A stretch of 63,876 nucleotides of DNA, the filler included, from Octopus bimaculoides (lineage: Eukaryota): the NCBI RefSeq assembly GCF_001194135.2. It is 6 parts of 5 records of this genome, joined end to end, with 100 filler letters (N's around TTAATTAATTAA, not from the genome) between each part and the next. Parts side by side here need not be neighbours in the genome. Positions count along the whole stretch, not along the records: positions 15,096 to 40,934 come from NC_068995.1; 5 more parts are not named here. The stretch is one strand, 5' to 3'. This document shows, piece by piece, positions 25,861-40,489 of this stretch. A program made the translations under genes and the position numbers. A model generated the notes under the pieces. It searched no databases and was not told the DNA's origin. It was given only the letters and a program-made list of their open reading frames with translations. Numbering within the stretch: position 1 is the first letter of the stretch; each line of letters opens with the position of its first letter.

Positions 25861-27644
25861 TTCTTCTCTCACATTGTCCGGACTATACTAGAAATTCAAA
25901 CGGTCCAGCCTTGGCCGATTGTATCACTGAAATTCGGTCAATTATTTATGTTAAGGATTCGCAGTCACACACACGTTAGTTGAACAACTGAATACTCTTC
26001 GTCGATAATGATGGAAAATTCCTCTATACGATTTAAGCGTGGTGACTGTTTTGGAGAGAAATAGTTGTAATATGCTTGGTGATGCACTTTGGTCGACTCA
26101 GTAGGGATTTCAGCACAGAATGCAAAGAGACGTAGCAAAACCCTACCACAACACAAACCTGTTAAGTGCTCTACTGGTCTCGAAATCCGCTACATACTTA
26201 TTGTACAACATCAGCAGCATAAACAATAACAACAACAGAAACAACAACAGTAATCATTAACTAATATATCACCAGCGATACCACTACTACCAGCATGCAA
26301 CCACCACCACCACCTCCACACCACTGACACCACAAACACTACAACTACCGCCGCCGCCGCTACCAGCACCAGCACCAGCACCACCACCACCACCACCACC
26401 ATCACCACCACTAACAACAACAACAACAGCACCACCACCGTTATCATACCTAATAAATATAACAAACAATATCAAAGTCATAGATGGCGGCCATTTTAGA
26501 GATTTGTTACAATGAATGGTTTGCCATTGTGTAAATGTCATCGGTAAGGGAGAGGTGGTGGTAGGGACGGTAAAAGTAACAGGAGTGGTGACAGTGATGA
26601 TAATAGTAGTAGTAGCAGCAGTAGTAGCAACAGCGGCGGTGGCAGTGGTGGTGTTGTCGCTAGACGTAGTTAATATAGTACAGGTGATGTAGTAATTAAA
26701 GTGGTAGTGACAGTAATAATGAAGCCGTAATGATTGTTGTTGTTGCTGGTGGGGCTGATGGTGATGCTGATTTTGTTGCTGTTGTTGTTGTGATGTCCAT
26801 GCTGACTGATGTATTGTTTTTGGTTGTGATCAATGCGGTAGTGGAGTGGTTGTGGTGGGCAGCGGTAGCGATGGCAACGGTGGCTAACGCTGTAGTGGTG
26901 AGGTGTAGTTATTACCGTTTAGGCTATAGCGATGGTTTATGTTGTAGTACTTGGAAATGGTGGTGGTTAACTTGTTATTGTTGGTCACATGACTATTGTA
27001 GATGCTATCGTTACTGCACTAGTTCCGGTTTTTCTTGTCGTTATTGTTGTTGTTTCCGTGGTTGCTCGATTCGTTCTTATTGTTGTAATTCTGTTCTAGC
27101 GGTGTTTTTGTTGTTGTTCTTGTTGTTGAATCAGTGATTGTTGTTTTGTTGTTACTGTTTTCAAGTTGTTGTTACTGTTGGCCTAGTTATGGTAGTGGTG
27201 ATAGTGATCGTATTAATGGCGGTGCTGAAAAGTGGGCGGTGTAAGAAAGTGTTACTCTGACATATATTTACATTGTACCTCTTCAATATTTTCTGACCCA
27301 TTCACCAAATCTGCGCGCTTTTCATCTTCAATAATAAATAAGCTTCTTTTGAGCTGAAATGTAGGCAAGGTTATATATTGATAGACTGAACAATCGATAA
27401 ATAGATAGATAGATATATAAACGGATGAATAGATACATAGATATAGATATTGAAAGAGAGAGGGAGAGAGAGAAAGAGTGAGGGAGAGAGAGAAAGAGAG
27501 GGATGCACAGAGGGAGAAAGGGTGAGAATAAGAGGGTTAGATAAACAGACAGATGTGATAAGTAGATAAATATGTATGTATGTATGTATGCATGTATATG
27601 TCTATCTGTCTGTCTGTCTATGTATGTATGTATGTATGTATGTA

Positions 27645-27693
<49 letters not shown>

Positions 27694-27781
27694 ACAGAAA
27701 AAGTGACTGAGGGAGAAAGAGAGAGGGGGAAACAATGAAAGGGAGAGAAAGACAGACAGAAAGGGTGAGATAGATAGATAA

Positions 27782-27814
<33 letters not shown>

Positions 27815-27824
27815 NNNNNNNNNN

Positions 27825-27864
<40 letters not shown>

Positions 27865-28104
27865 GAGAGAGAAAAACTAACATGGCTGAATAATTATATT
27901 CAAAAATAAATATAGATCGACGGACACATATAGGTAGATAGAAGTATACATTTTTCGATCAATCGATAAAGAGAAACAGTCATTCACAGTTTTATATATA
28001 CATATATATATGTATGTATATATATATATATATATGTATATATACTCATATATATGTATATATAAAACTGTATAAGTATATATAAACATATATATGTATG
28101 TATG

Positions 28105-28196
<92 letters not shown>

Positions 28197-28339
28197 CGTA
28201 CATAGGTGTCGATAAATCGATGAATAAATACACATATATATGATATATAAATGAAACAGTATCTAGTTGGCAAGACAAAGAAATATTTACATATGTGTAG
28301 ATATCTATATGTGTGTACATATATATACACACAAAAACA

Positions 28340-28380
<41 letters not shown>

Positions 28381-28961
28381 GCACACACACACACGCACAC
28401 ACACAAACACACACACACACACACACACATATATGGAAATAACTAGATACTTAGAAAGTAAATGGCTAAAGTACATGACAGTTATGAAGAAAATTCCATT
28501 TGACTCTCGACAAGAAAATAATGTACGTATGTGTGTTTCTATGTGTATCTGTGTGTGTGTGTGTGTGTGAATGTGTGCGCGTGCACACATCTCACCTAAG
28601 CTGAAAGAAAGAGAAATTCGTAAAAGAGAACAAAACAAGAAAGCAACCTTCCAGGATACTCTTTGTGAGAAGTGTGAAAAGACATTAACACACACATAGA
28701 CACACACACACACACACACACACATACACACACACACACACACACACATAGACACTCGCAAACTCACACACACACACACTCACATAAATACACACACACA
28801 GGAGCACACACAAAAGCACACATACACACGCTCAAAAACACTGGCACGAACACATGAACACACTCACACACGGGTACACACACACACAGACACACATACA
28901 CACATATTTTTTCCAACATTCACATATATATATTTGTGTGTGCGTGTTTTTGTGTTTGTGA

Positions 28962-28992
<31 letters not shown>

Positions 28993-29395
28993 TGTGTATG
29001 TGTGTGCGTGCGTGCGCGCGTGCGTGCATGGATGTAGGAGTTTACGTGCGAATACGCACGTACGTATGAACAAATGGATCTATATATTTATATTTAAGTA
29101 CAAGCATAAGCATATCTACACTCATACATATAAATATGTGTGTGTTTGTGTGTAAGTGAGTGTGTGTGTGTGTGTGTGAGTGTTTGTGCTTTGATATATG
29201 TATAGTTATGCATATATACACATATGTATACTCAATGTGTGCATGCCTATGAACAAACACATGCATATGTTTGTATCATACGAAATGCAGCGGATGTTTC
29301 AGAAATATCACTGCAATGAAAAATAAGGGAAAAGGAACATATATTCATATACAGAAAACTCCGTTTACATGAATAATCATATCAATAACAACAAC

Positions 29396-29569
29396 AACAA
29401 GTTTGGTGACATCGACCACAGTACGCAACTGGTACTTATTTTATTGTCTCCGAAAGGATAAAAGGTAAAGTCGACCTTGGTGGAATTTGAACTCAGAGCG
29501 TAAAAGACAGACGAAATGCCTCTGAGCCTTTTACCCGGCGTGCTAACGATTCTATCAGCTTGCTGCCTT

Positions 29570-29570
<1 letters not shown>
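29396..29570 (-). mobile_element. Family B SINE, embedded in (AAC)n
   Basis: Reverse complement of the family B consensus seen at 31621. Confidence 0.85.
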
Positions 29571-29600
<30 letters not shown>

Positions 29601-29687
29601 ACAACAACAACATTAACAACAGCAACAGCAACAGCAGCAACAGCAGCAGCAACAACAATGGAGAGAAGGGAACCCAAAATGTATGAT

Positions 29688-30096
29688 GAATACTCTACTC
29701 TTTTACTTGTTTCAGTCATTTGACTGTGGCCATGCTGGAGCACCGCCTTTAGTCGAGCAAATCGACCCCAGGACTTATTCTATGTAAGCCTAGGACTTAT
29801 TCTATCGGTCACTTTTGCCGAACGGCTAAGTTACGGGGACGTAAACACACCAGCATCGGTTGTCAAACGATGTTGAGGGGACAAACAGACACGAAAATAT
29901 ACACACACATACATATATATATATCTACATATATACGACGGGCTTCTTTCAGTTTCCGTCTACCAAATCCACTCACAAGGCTTTGGTCGGCCCGAGGCTA
30001 TAGTAGAAGACACTTGCCCAAGGTGCCACGCAGTGGGACTGAACCCGGAACCATGTGGCTCGTAAGCAAGCTACTTACCACACAGCCACTCCTACG
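29688..30096 (-). mobile_element. SINE family A, full length
   Basis: Reverse complement of the 12431-12905 element. Confidence 0.9.
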
Positions 30097-30809
30097 GATA
30101 TCAATAAAACCAAGAACAATTACAGTATCCTTAGGTGAATTTATATGGGGATTGGTGGATGGTGAGGTGACGTTTGAGGGTGATCTGTCTGTTACTTTAA
30201 ACAGTATACAGTGTCACCGAGTGCTGCCGTACTCCAAAAGATGGTCAACAAATAAAACTGTAGCTTCAGTGGCTTCATTAGACCAGTAGCCATTGCCATG
30301 TAACAAGTTGATTTTGCATTGAGACGGTACCAAGTTCGATTCCATTATCCCAAGTTAATCAGTATCTTGCGAATAGGGACGGCGCTAGGAAGTGCGGGGC
30401 CAAATTAGAGAATTATCCAGTGGAGCCCTCTGCTCTACAAAAGCTGAAGATTGATGTTTTTCTGTTATGTTTCGTGTAGGACACCAGGCCCAGCCAAAAA
30501 GCATTGAGGACTTGAGGCTCCACCACTAGCCAAAATGAAATACTAAAAATTCATCATAGCATCCTCCGTCCGAGCATGTATATGGTGCACTCTGTTTGGA
30601 GTGGGGCCCAAATTGAACAAAGCGGTCTAATTAACTTGAAACCGGGCCCACCTTTCAATGGAATTTAGCGATCAGATGTGTTTGTGCGTGTGTGTTTCTG
30701 TATGTGTGGGTATGTGTTTATATGTGTGTGTGTGCGCGTGCATGCGTGCGTGTGTATGTATGTGTATGTTTGTGTGTGTATGTGTGTTTTAGTATGTGTG
30801 TGCGTGCGT

Positions 30810-30864
<55 letters not shown>

Positions 30865-31192
30865 TGTGTGTGTGTAGGTCCGCGAAAGACAGTTCTACAA
30901 TTTCCTGCTGAACAACCCGCACAAATTGTTTTATGGCAATCAGATGTTTGTGCTGCGCAGAAGCTCACGCCGTCCATGAAATCGACACTACCTATACAGG
31001 GGCGCAGTGTGCCACACTTCGGATGTCGAAGTGATCTCAAAGCAAAAGTATGACACGGTAATATGTATATTACCTTGGCTAATTATTTTCCGTGCCTATG
31101 TAGTTTAATTACAACAGACATAAAACGCCTTTGTCGATCGTCACGTCCATGTGCCAGGGAAACATCAAGGAAGTAATAGCTGATGGGAGAGA

Positions 31193-31272
<80 letters not shown>

Positions 31273-31503
31273 NNNNNNNNNNNNNNNNNNNNNNNNNNNN
31301 NNNNNNNNNNNNNNNNNNNNNNNNNNNNNNNNNNNNNNNNNNNNNNNNNNNNNNNNNNNNNNNNNNNNNNNNNNNNNNNNNNNNNNNNNNNNNNNNNNNN
31401 NNNNNNNNNNNNNNNNNNNNNNNNNNNNNNNNNNNNNNNNNNNNNNNNNNNNNNNNNNNNNNNNNNNNNNNNNNNNNNNNNNNNNNNNNNNNNNNNNNNN
31501 NNN

Positions 31504-31568
<65 letters not shown>

Positions 31569-31620
31569 AACACATGCACTAGTTCTATTTCTCTACCGGT
31601 TCTTATTTGCGAAAAAGTTA

Positions 31621-31812
31621 AGGCGGCGAGCTGGCAGAATCGTTACCACGCTGGGCATTTCGTCCGTCTTTACGCTCTCAGTTCAAATTCCACCGAAGTC
31701 GACTTTCATCCTTTCGGGATCGATTGAATAATTATCAGTTGAGTACTGGGGCCGATGTAATCCACTTATTCCCGCTCCCCGAAATTTCTGGCCTTGTGGC
31801 AAAATTTAAAAT
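31621..31812 (+). mobile_element. Family B SINE
   Basis: aggcggcgagctggcagaatcgttaccacg..aaatttctggccttgtggcaaaattt. Confidence 0.9.
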
Positions 31813-32764
31813 CATTCATAGTCAACAAGTTAACCAACTAACCAATTAGCCGATCGGTTGATTGAGTAATCGTCGTATTAATCAATCAATCAACCAGCTG
31901 GTTTTTCAGGGCCTTTCCGTCGCCACGCTTGACCTCATCAATGACATGCTCTAGTTATCATCTGACTGGTTGATTGATCGAAAGGTTAATCAAGGAATCG
32001 ATTAGTAAATTGATTGATTCGTTAAATTGTTAATTAATAATATTGAATAGAAGTTAAATTCAGGCGGTGCAAGTGTTTAGTGTTTGCTATTAGCAAACTG
32101 ACTATCTCAAGTTACAATAACAGGAAATCCCAAGATAACAAATTACTGAAAGTAACTCAGACAGCTCATGTAATATGCATATTTCAATGTAAACAAGAAA
32201 GTTGCATGCATCTTGACTCACACTGTTACCTCGGATGAATATGCACGACACTTACACGTCATCTGACCATGCATTTACAACAGGCGGACATTGCCGTTCA
32301 TCATGATAAAGCTAGCACAAAGTAAAATCAGACAAGAGAACTGAGTTGATAACACTATCATTCCATATATAATTATGCAAAAATAGGGAGATAACTATGG
32401 ACGAAATACATTGCAATAGGATAGAGTGCAATACAGTGGATGTAGGAGTAAAACACTTACACAAACACACATATTTGTATGTATGTGTGTGTAGATATGC
32501 GTATGCATGTATTTAAATATACATATACAGACACATTCGTTCATACGTACGTGTGTATTCGCACATAAACTCCTACATCCACAGTACTGTACTCTTTAGG
32601 ATCAAACAGAATACAGTATGTTATGTCTCAAGCTACTGCTATCTAGCACCTTCGGATGATCTCTGCTCAACTGCTACTCAACTGTCAGTCCACTGGCAGT
32701 TCACTCCTACCGTGGTCAGACTACCTCTACTTATATGTCTTGGTGGAGCCTACTTCTTCGCTTA

Positions 32765-33000
32765 GGGGCGTCGACACAACACAGTACAACAGAGTACAAT
32801 ACAGAGACATGTTATACAGTATGGTACGAAAGAGTACAAAACAACAGAGTATAGTATGGAATGGGCTATAATAAAGTATGGTACAGTGGAATACAGTATA
32901 TAAAAGATTATATTAGAGTACTGTAAAATAGAGTACAATACAATGGAGTGCAGTACAGAGTACAACTGAGTACAACAGATACATAGACACAGAAATACAG
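32765..33000. repeat. Decayed pentanucleotide repeat (AGTAC/AATAC)
   Basis: Recurrent agtac, aatac and agtat at roughly 5-10 nt spacing. Confidence 0.6.
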
Positions 33001-33327
33001 CTGTTCTAATCTATTGAATATATATTAAAAGATTTAGCAGCCGTCATTGAACTAAATAGCTGACCACATTGTTTAATGGACTGAAAAACCATTCAAAGTC
33101 CGTTTAACCTTGTCAATTAATAATAATCTCTTCATTTGTTGTTGTTGTTGTTGTGATTGCCGTTTTTTCTTTTTTACTATTGTTGATGTTTGTGTTGTGG
33201 TTCTTGTTGTTGTCACTGCTACTGCTGTTTTTGTTTTGTTCTTATTCCCCCTTTTTATTCATGAATATATATATTTATTTATCATCATTTTTCTTTTTTC
33301 ACGAAATTTCTTTATTCGGAATGATTG

Positions 33328-33371
<44 letters not shown>

Positions 33372-33381
33372 NNNNNNNNNN

Positions 33382-33425
<44 letters not shown>

Positions 33426-33574
33426 GTTATATATGTGTGAGTGTCTGTAATTATAGATGTAAATAGAAGTGTGTGTATGTATATATTTGTGTATATGTAA
33501 ACGAATATAAACATCTATGTACATAAACACACACACATATATATACTTACACATAGATATGTCTATACACATAT

Positions 33575-33624
<50 letters not shown>

Positions 33625-34744
33625 ACACACGTGTAAAGAGGAATAGAGAGGTAAATAAAGTCGTTAATTCTTAAAGTACAAAAGTGTTTTGCGTTCATTT
33701 TTATTGTGTGTGTATGTGTGTTTCTAATTTTATTATGTGTCACTGTGTAGGTATGCAGGTCTTCGTAAGTGCCTGTGTGTCTGTAACAGCTTATGTGTGT
33801 GCGTCTACGTCCGTGTAGCTACAGGAGCGTATGTGACTTTGTGTATGCATATATGTGTATTTTATGAGTATGTATGGACATATATATGTGTATGTGTACA
33901 TCCGTGTGTTTGTATATCCATGAATGTGTGTATGTATATATGAGTGCATTTGTATATGTAGATGTATGTGTACGTGTGTCTTGTGTTTTCTTTTCTTCTT
34001 AGTTTCAAAGTTTTGATTTCACCGATTTACTCTGCAGTGTCTAAGTTAATTTAAATCACGTTTCCTCCCTCTCCTCTCAACCATACCTCTACACCTCACT
34101 TCCTCCTCTTCCGCCTCCTCCTTACCATCATCATCAACAACAATAACAACCTCTCAGGTCACGTGGTCCCAAAAACAAGAAGTAAAGAATAAAATAAAAT
34201 AAAATAACAACAAAAAAGACCAAATATCAAATGCTATGAAAATGAAGAATCAAGGTTTGATCACGAGATTCTGAAGAACTCACCAAGTTACCATATTCAT
34301 CGTCGGTGGGGGAGGACGGGTGAGAGTAGTTGCAGTAGAAGTAGTAGCAGTAATAGTACAACAACAACAACAACAACAATGATAATGATAATAATAAAAA
34401 TACACGCTCCTCACCACACTGCCTAAAGAGAAATAAATATAAACCAGAGTTAATCGTGAAATCAAAATGTGGGGAAAACAACAAATTTTATGTAAAACGA
34501 TAAATTTCTTTGTTTTAAGTTATTTTTCTTGTTTCACAATTGAGAAAATCATTTGAAGAAAGTTTCTAATACTTGTTTATGGTTTTCAAGTGTCACGTCC
34601 TTTAAATTTACATGAATTTATGACATTTCGTTATACATTCACACACACACATATGCACACGTGCACACACACTCACACGCACACGTGCACACACAGATGC
34701 ATGTATATACAGACATACACAGATATACACAGATACACACAGCC

Positions 34745-34882
34745 ACACACACACACATACGCGCAGACACAGACACACACACAAACATACGCGCAGACAC
34801 AGACACACACACACACACATACGCGCAGACACAGACACACACACACACACACACACATACGCGCAGACACAGACACACACAC
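34745..34882. repeat. Higher-order repeat inside (CA)n
   Basis: Four copies of catacgcgcagacacagacacacacac. Confidence 0.85.
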
Positions 34883-35499
34883 AAACATTTTGATGTACAA
34901 AGGAAAGAAAAAAAAATCATTCAGAACGATCAGGATTCTGATCCTCAATAAAAATACTTTCATCTATATACATACATACACACATACATAACATACATAC
35001 ATGCATACGTACATACACACACCTACACAATACATACACATGCATATATACGGACATACATATACACACATACATATCTAGAAACATACACCACCTCCCA
35101 CACGTATATATATTTGGTAAAAAATACGTTCCGTGTTTTGGTACTTTAAGATATGGTAAGATTTTTAGGAGCGAAACGCTTCGCAATATGGGGGATGCCA
35201 ATATGTCTGTGCATGCGTGCGCGCCCCTGTGTTTGTGTGTGCGTCTGCGCGCGTGCACACACATACACACAATTCGAGTTCAAATGACATTCTTCTCCTA
35301 CCCCTATACCTTCATCAAAGTTGACTTCACTCTTTCGCATTTCGCACATCAATAATACTAGTTAGAGATAGGAAGATCTATATTGATAGAATTGGCTCTA
35401 GCACTTGTGAACCAAGGAAGAACTATTCTTGCGACAGTATAAAGAATAAATTTCGTTGTGACGGTAATTCCTGTTTTTGTTGTTTAGCCGCTGTGTAAA

Positions 35500-35723
35500 A
35501 ATCTTTGTTATTTACAAATATCCCGCCCACGGATTTGAAATCGATGAAACGACAACTGCACGTGAGAATTGCAGAGCATTTCTGCAAAATATTATTAGTA
35601 TTCCAACATAGATTAATATGTGATTGTAATATAAAGGAAAGAAAGGAAGACAGACACGGGTTTCAGGTAAGACAGAGAGATGCTGCAAACATTCGGATAG
35701 CGGAGACACACTTCGTTAAGTAG
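35500..35723 (+). mobile_element. Internally deleted Penelope-like relic
   Basis: LFTNIP (PLE RT motif SLFTNIP) directly joined to KRQLHVRIAEH (GIY-YIG T.R.L..R..EH motif). Confidence 0.55.
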
Positions 35724-35941
35724 AAGAAAGCAGAGATCAAGCTACCTACTGGTGGATTGTTCACTGGAAATAATAATTAAAACTATACCAATGCATTGCT
35801 ATATACAATTCATTATCGTGTGTCTATCTAATTGGCCCTTCATTCGTTCATGCGTTGGTTTATTGTTTTTGCTGTGGCTATTTTCTTTATCATTACTGAA
35901 TATTCAGTATAGACATGCTGCATCATACACACCAGGACGTT

Positions 35942-35986
<45 letters not shown>

Positions 35987-36086
35987 NNNNNNNNNNNNNN
36001 NNNNNNNNNNNNNNNNNNNNNNNNNNNNNNNNNNNNNNNNNNNNNNNNNNNNNNNNNNNNNNNNNNNNNNNNNNNNNNNNNNNNNN

Positions 36087-36117
<31 letters not shown>

Positions 36118-36589
36118 GCGTATATATATCTATGAAACTGAGAGACATTGCTGTAGAGAAATAAACAAGAGAAACACTAACAGATAGGTATGTGTGTTAT
36201 GCGATACAGACAAAGGTAAGGTAGTAGGTAACGATGTTATATTTTTGATAGTTTTTCTTGCTGCTTCTGTGTTTTTCCTTTTGTAGTCGAGTGATTTAAC
36301 AGGAAAACATGAATAAACAAGAGGAAGAGAAAAATAAATGATATGCTGCTTGTTTGTTTTGTATGTTTATCATAGAGGATGTGGAAGGGCTATATGTGTG
36401 TAAATATATATGTATATATATATTTGTGTTTTGTGTGTTTTGAATATGTATGAATGGGGAAAACGTCAGCAATATGTGTGTACTATGTGTGTATGCGTAC
36501 GTATAAACATATATAGATGTACACACCCACCCACACACATACATATATGCATACATATTTATAAATATATATATTATATAACACACATA

Positions 36590-37340
36590 CGAGGGGGTAC
36601 CCACAAGAAACCGGAATTTTACAATATAATTTTATTCATTTACATGTTTTCACTTCTGTCGCCTTCAAAATATCTCCATTCGAACCAATGCATTGGTTCA
36701 GACGCGTTGTCCACTGTTCGAAGCAGTGCTGGAACTTTTGCGAAGTGATGCTTTTTAGTACCCCCGTCGTATTTTTTTCTTCACCACTTCTACAGCTCCA
36801 AATTCCGTATCTCCAGCTTTCGTCACCAGTGATGACCTTCGAAAAAAAAGGTCCGGATCAATTTCCTACTGTTCTTTCAGTTCACGACACGCATTCAGCC
36901 GTGATTGCTTTTGATCTTCCGTGAGCAAACGAGGCACAAATTTTGGTGCAACTCTTTTCATTCGCAATTCTTCGCTCAAAATTCGTTGGTAGGAGCTGTA
37001 AAACATACAAGTCGTATCTTCAATTGTTCGGTGACGGTCCTCCATGATCAGTTCACGAATTTTCATGATGTTTTCATTCGTTCAGGGGGTCGACGTGCCC
37101 CTTGAACGAAGTTGGGCTTCAAGCGTGAAAACCTAAAACCTAAAAACCATGTAAACTTGTGTTTTGCTCATGGCAGCGCCCTTGTAAGCTGTTTGAAGCA
37201 AGACAACTGTTTTGACCGCTGTTTTCCTCAACAGAAAACAGAAATTCATGGAATCACGCTGTTCCTTCGTTTCGGCCATCGCAAACGTTGACGAACATGG
37301 GAGAAGCACAGCAAAACAAAGCCGTATCATGAGGCAGTAC
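36590..37340 (-). mobile_element. Internally deleted mariner relic
   Basis: TA-CGAGGG terminus; KEQRDSMNFCFLLRKT; KRVAPKFVPRLLTEDQKQSRLNAC; ITGDES then a jump to the C-terminal W..R...C...GDYFEG segment. Confidence 0.85.
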
Positions 37341-37667
37341 GACCCTAGTGGACAAGGTTGGTCAGCAGGCTGATGCTGGAGGATCGCATCAGGTGGATTC
37401 TATCGGCAGAACACTGAACTATAGCAGGNNNNNNNNNNNNNNNNNNNNNNNNNNNNNNNNNNNNNNNNNNNNNNNNNNNNNNNNNNNNNNNNNNNNNNNN
37501 NNNNNNNNNNNNNNNNNNNNNNNNNNNNNNNNNNNNNNNNNNNNNNNNNNNNNNNNNATATATATATATATATATATATAAATGCACGCACACGTATATG
37601 TACTTATACATACACGCATATATGCATGTATATATGTATATACATATACATAAATGTACATACATAT

Positions 37668-37698
<31 letters not shown>

Positions 37699-38268
37699 AT
37701 ATACACACACACACGTACATATATGCATATAAACACACATATATATACGCATATACAAATGTTTACACACACATATATATATACACACGCACTCACACAA
37801 ATGCATTTATATATGTACACATGCTTCACCAATTCTTGGTTTCCAAGCCCTTATGGACTAACCGATTTGCTGAATACCTTTGAACGAAAATGTGTCAGAA
37901 ATATTGACCTGGTGCCATACAACAATAAATAATTCAACAATGTATATCGAGATTATGGGTTGGTTAAGAAGAATATGGTTCCTGTATTTTCCATCAATGG
38001 AACATACCACTTCCTGTGCTAAACTAGAAATTGGCTGAATTCCAAGATACCAAGTTGATAGTTTGGTATCTTAGACGAAATACTCAACCACATACAGAAT
38101 GCCTCATTTTGTGAGGGATTAAGCTGGGATTCTGAATTACACTTTTCGTATGTAATTTGTCCAACTGAGTAAACCTACCAGTAACGTATAATGACTAATG
38201 GAAACAGTTGTAAGACAAATTTACTCGAATAAAGGAATAATATGTAATGACCATTATTTATACCTTGT

Positions 38269-38301
<33 letters not shown>

Positions 38302-39005
38302 CTTACTTATATGTATGTATGTAGATATGTATGTGTGCATGTGTGTGTGTGTGTATAAATATGCATACAGAGATAGAAAAATAGATGGATAGATAAATAG
38401 ATGAATATAATTGTGGGTTTCTAAGTGAATGAATGCATGACAAAAGAATAGGAGTTAGATAATTGATACCGGAAGTTAGTAAACAATGTGCATTATACAT
38501 ATAGGAATATTGAGTTTTAACCATTGGTTGTTGGTACTGATAGGGCAAAGCGTATTAATACCAAAAAAAGCATCTGACAGGTTGCTCTGAGACGATTATA
38601 CGTCTCTCTGATGTCTGTTATGTTTTTAACATAGCAAGTTCATGACACGTTATCTCAGAACCAATATCCGGTAAACCAATCTATTGAAAGTATATAGGAT
38701 ACATGTATAAGCTATGTCTGGATAAAAGCCTTGTAGAATACTGTGTAAAGCTCGCCCACAGTTATTGGCTACCTGATGTCATCATACAGTAGAAATGCAC
38801 ATGTTACAAGATATACTTCAGGCAATTCATAGTGTCCTCGATCATCTCGTCTATGAGCTATAGGTACGAGAATGAGTTGAAACAATTGTAGTGGTTTTGA
38901 ATAAAGAATCTCGTGAATTCTATTTTCTGTCTCTGATCTTTACATACATATACAGATATATTCATACATAAATACATACATACATACATACATACATACA
39001 TACAT

Positions 39006-40420
39006 TCCAAGGTACTGTGAATAATGATAGAGTGGCTTATGAGTATTACACCAGACTAAGAAAAGTATGGTAGTCCGAACTCCCCTCATACAACAAGACA
39101 ATATCCCACAATGCATTTGCAGCACCAGTGCTTATTCCTACATTTGGGATACTTGACTGATCTGTAGACGAAATTCACCCCATAGACATTAACACCTGCA
39201 AGATCGACAGAAAATCTCCACAAAAGTAGTGATATCGACAAGCTCTACTTAAGAAGAGATAAAGGAGATAGGGGCTTGAGATCTGCGAACAGCCTTCGAA
39301 TGTCACATAGTTCCTTTCAGACAGCACTTGCTAAACAACAGCAGCAAAAATAAATACATTAACTTAGTGCTGAACAGGGATAAATAACCAATATACTACG
39401 TGTTGGAACTGAACTCCTCAGGGAGTACTCACTTCCTGATGAGCTCCGATACAACCCTAAATCCTTCGGACAAGCGTACCTCAGAGAAGATCTGGGAGTG
39501 AAATGTTGAGCATACAATAAAAAAATAAGACCATGTATCGGTATGTTGCTCGTAGACTTGAAGAAGATAATAGTAACATTGATATGAAGCGAAGCCTCTC
39601 TTGGACTCATGACTACTACAACACACACTTCGAAGGCAATGCAATTGTAATCCAAGAAGAGGGAATTGCTACGAAATACCAAATCAACAGAAGAGACAAT
39701 GAAGCCGTTGGAGTTCCAAGATGTAACCGCAAATATTGATTACGTCATATTTTTGTGGAAGACATCACACATGTGATTAGTAGCTTCCCAAATATGTCAT
39801 CAAAATACTGTCTCCTTATGCGACATGACGTTGCCGCAAAAACAATATACAATGCCATTCGGAGAAAAGACTGTGCTGGAATAACTATAGAGATGCCCCC
39901 TGTTATTGAATAAGTACACAAATACCAGCATAAGGAATACTAGTGGAACATTCTCATCAAAACATCTGTCAAGTGTAAACATATCAAGCCGGAAATTGTT
40001 GTTTGGGGCAGACAATAGAAAGTATGTACTGTCATGGAAGTCAGCTGTCCTGCTGATGTGAATATCACAGTAAAAATCAAAGAGAAAAACAATAACTATG
40101 AACAACTGCTTCGAAACTTCCAGCTTCTATATACGGATTACAAATTTACATTCATACCAGTATTAATTTTGCAACACTTGGTCTTGTATGCAAATGCCTA
40201 ACTGTCAATCTGGATAAGCTTGGATTTTCAGAAAAAGAAATCTGTCAACTGATTCGCACATTACAAATGCAATCTGTAAGCGGCCTCGTAAAAATATGCA
40301 AAACTTTTCTCAGGTTTAAAATGCGACATTATTTTTGTTATCTACATGGAGCTTTGTATCTTTGTTAGAAACTAGTTCCTTTCATCAGGGGAAGAATTTA
40401 AATGATTAAAAACAAGGGAG
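39006..40420 (+). mobile_element. 5'-truncated, degenerate R4-clade-like (RLE) non-LTR retrotransposon
   Basis: Frameshifted RT end (NKTISHNAFAAPVLIPTFGI; DIDKLYLRRDKGDRGL), Cys/His knuckle remnants, RHD motif, PEI..EVSCP nuclease region and 3' UTR. (CATA)n lies on both sides. Confidence 0.8.
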
Positions 40421-40489
40421 ACATACATACATACATACATACATACATACATACATACATGCATGCATGCATACATACGCACATACATA

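Noticed and set aside
30375-30650. Possible hAT-like element with GGGCCC-rich ends (similar motifs near 63040-63090)
   Set aside because: TIRs and target duplication are too degenerate to define.
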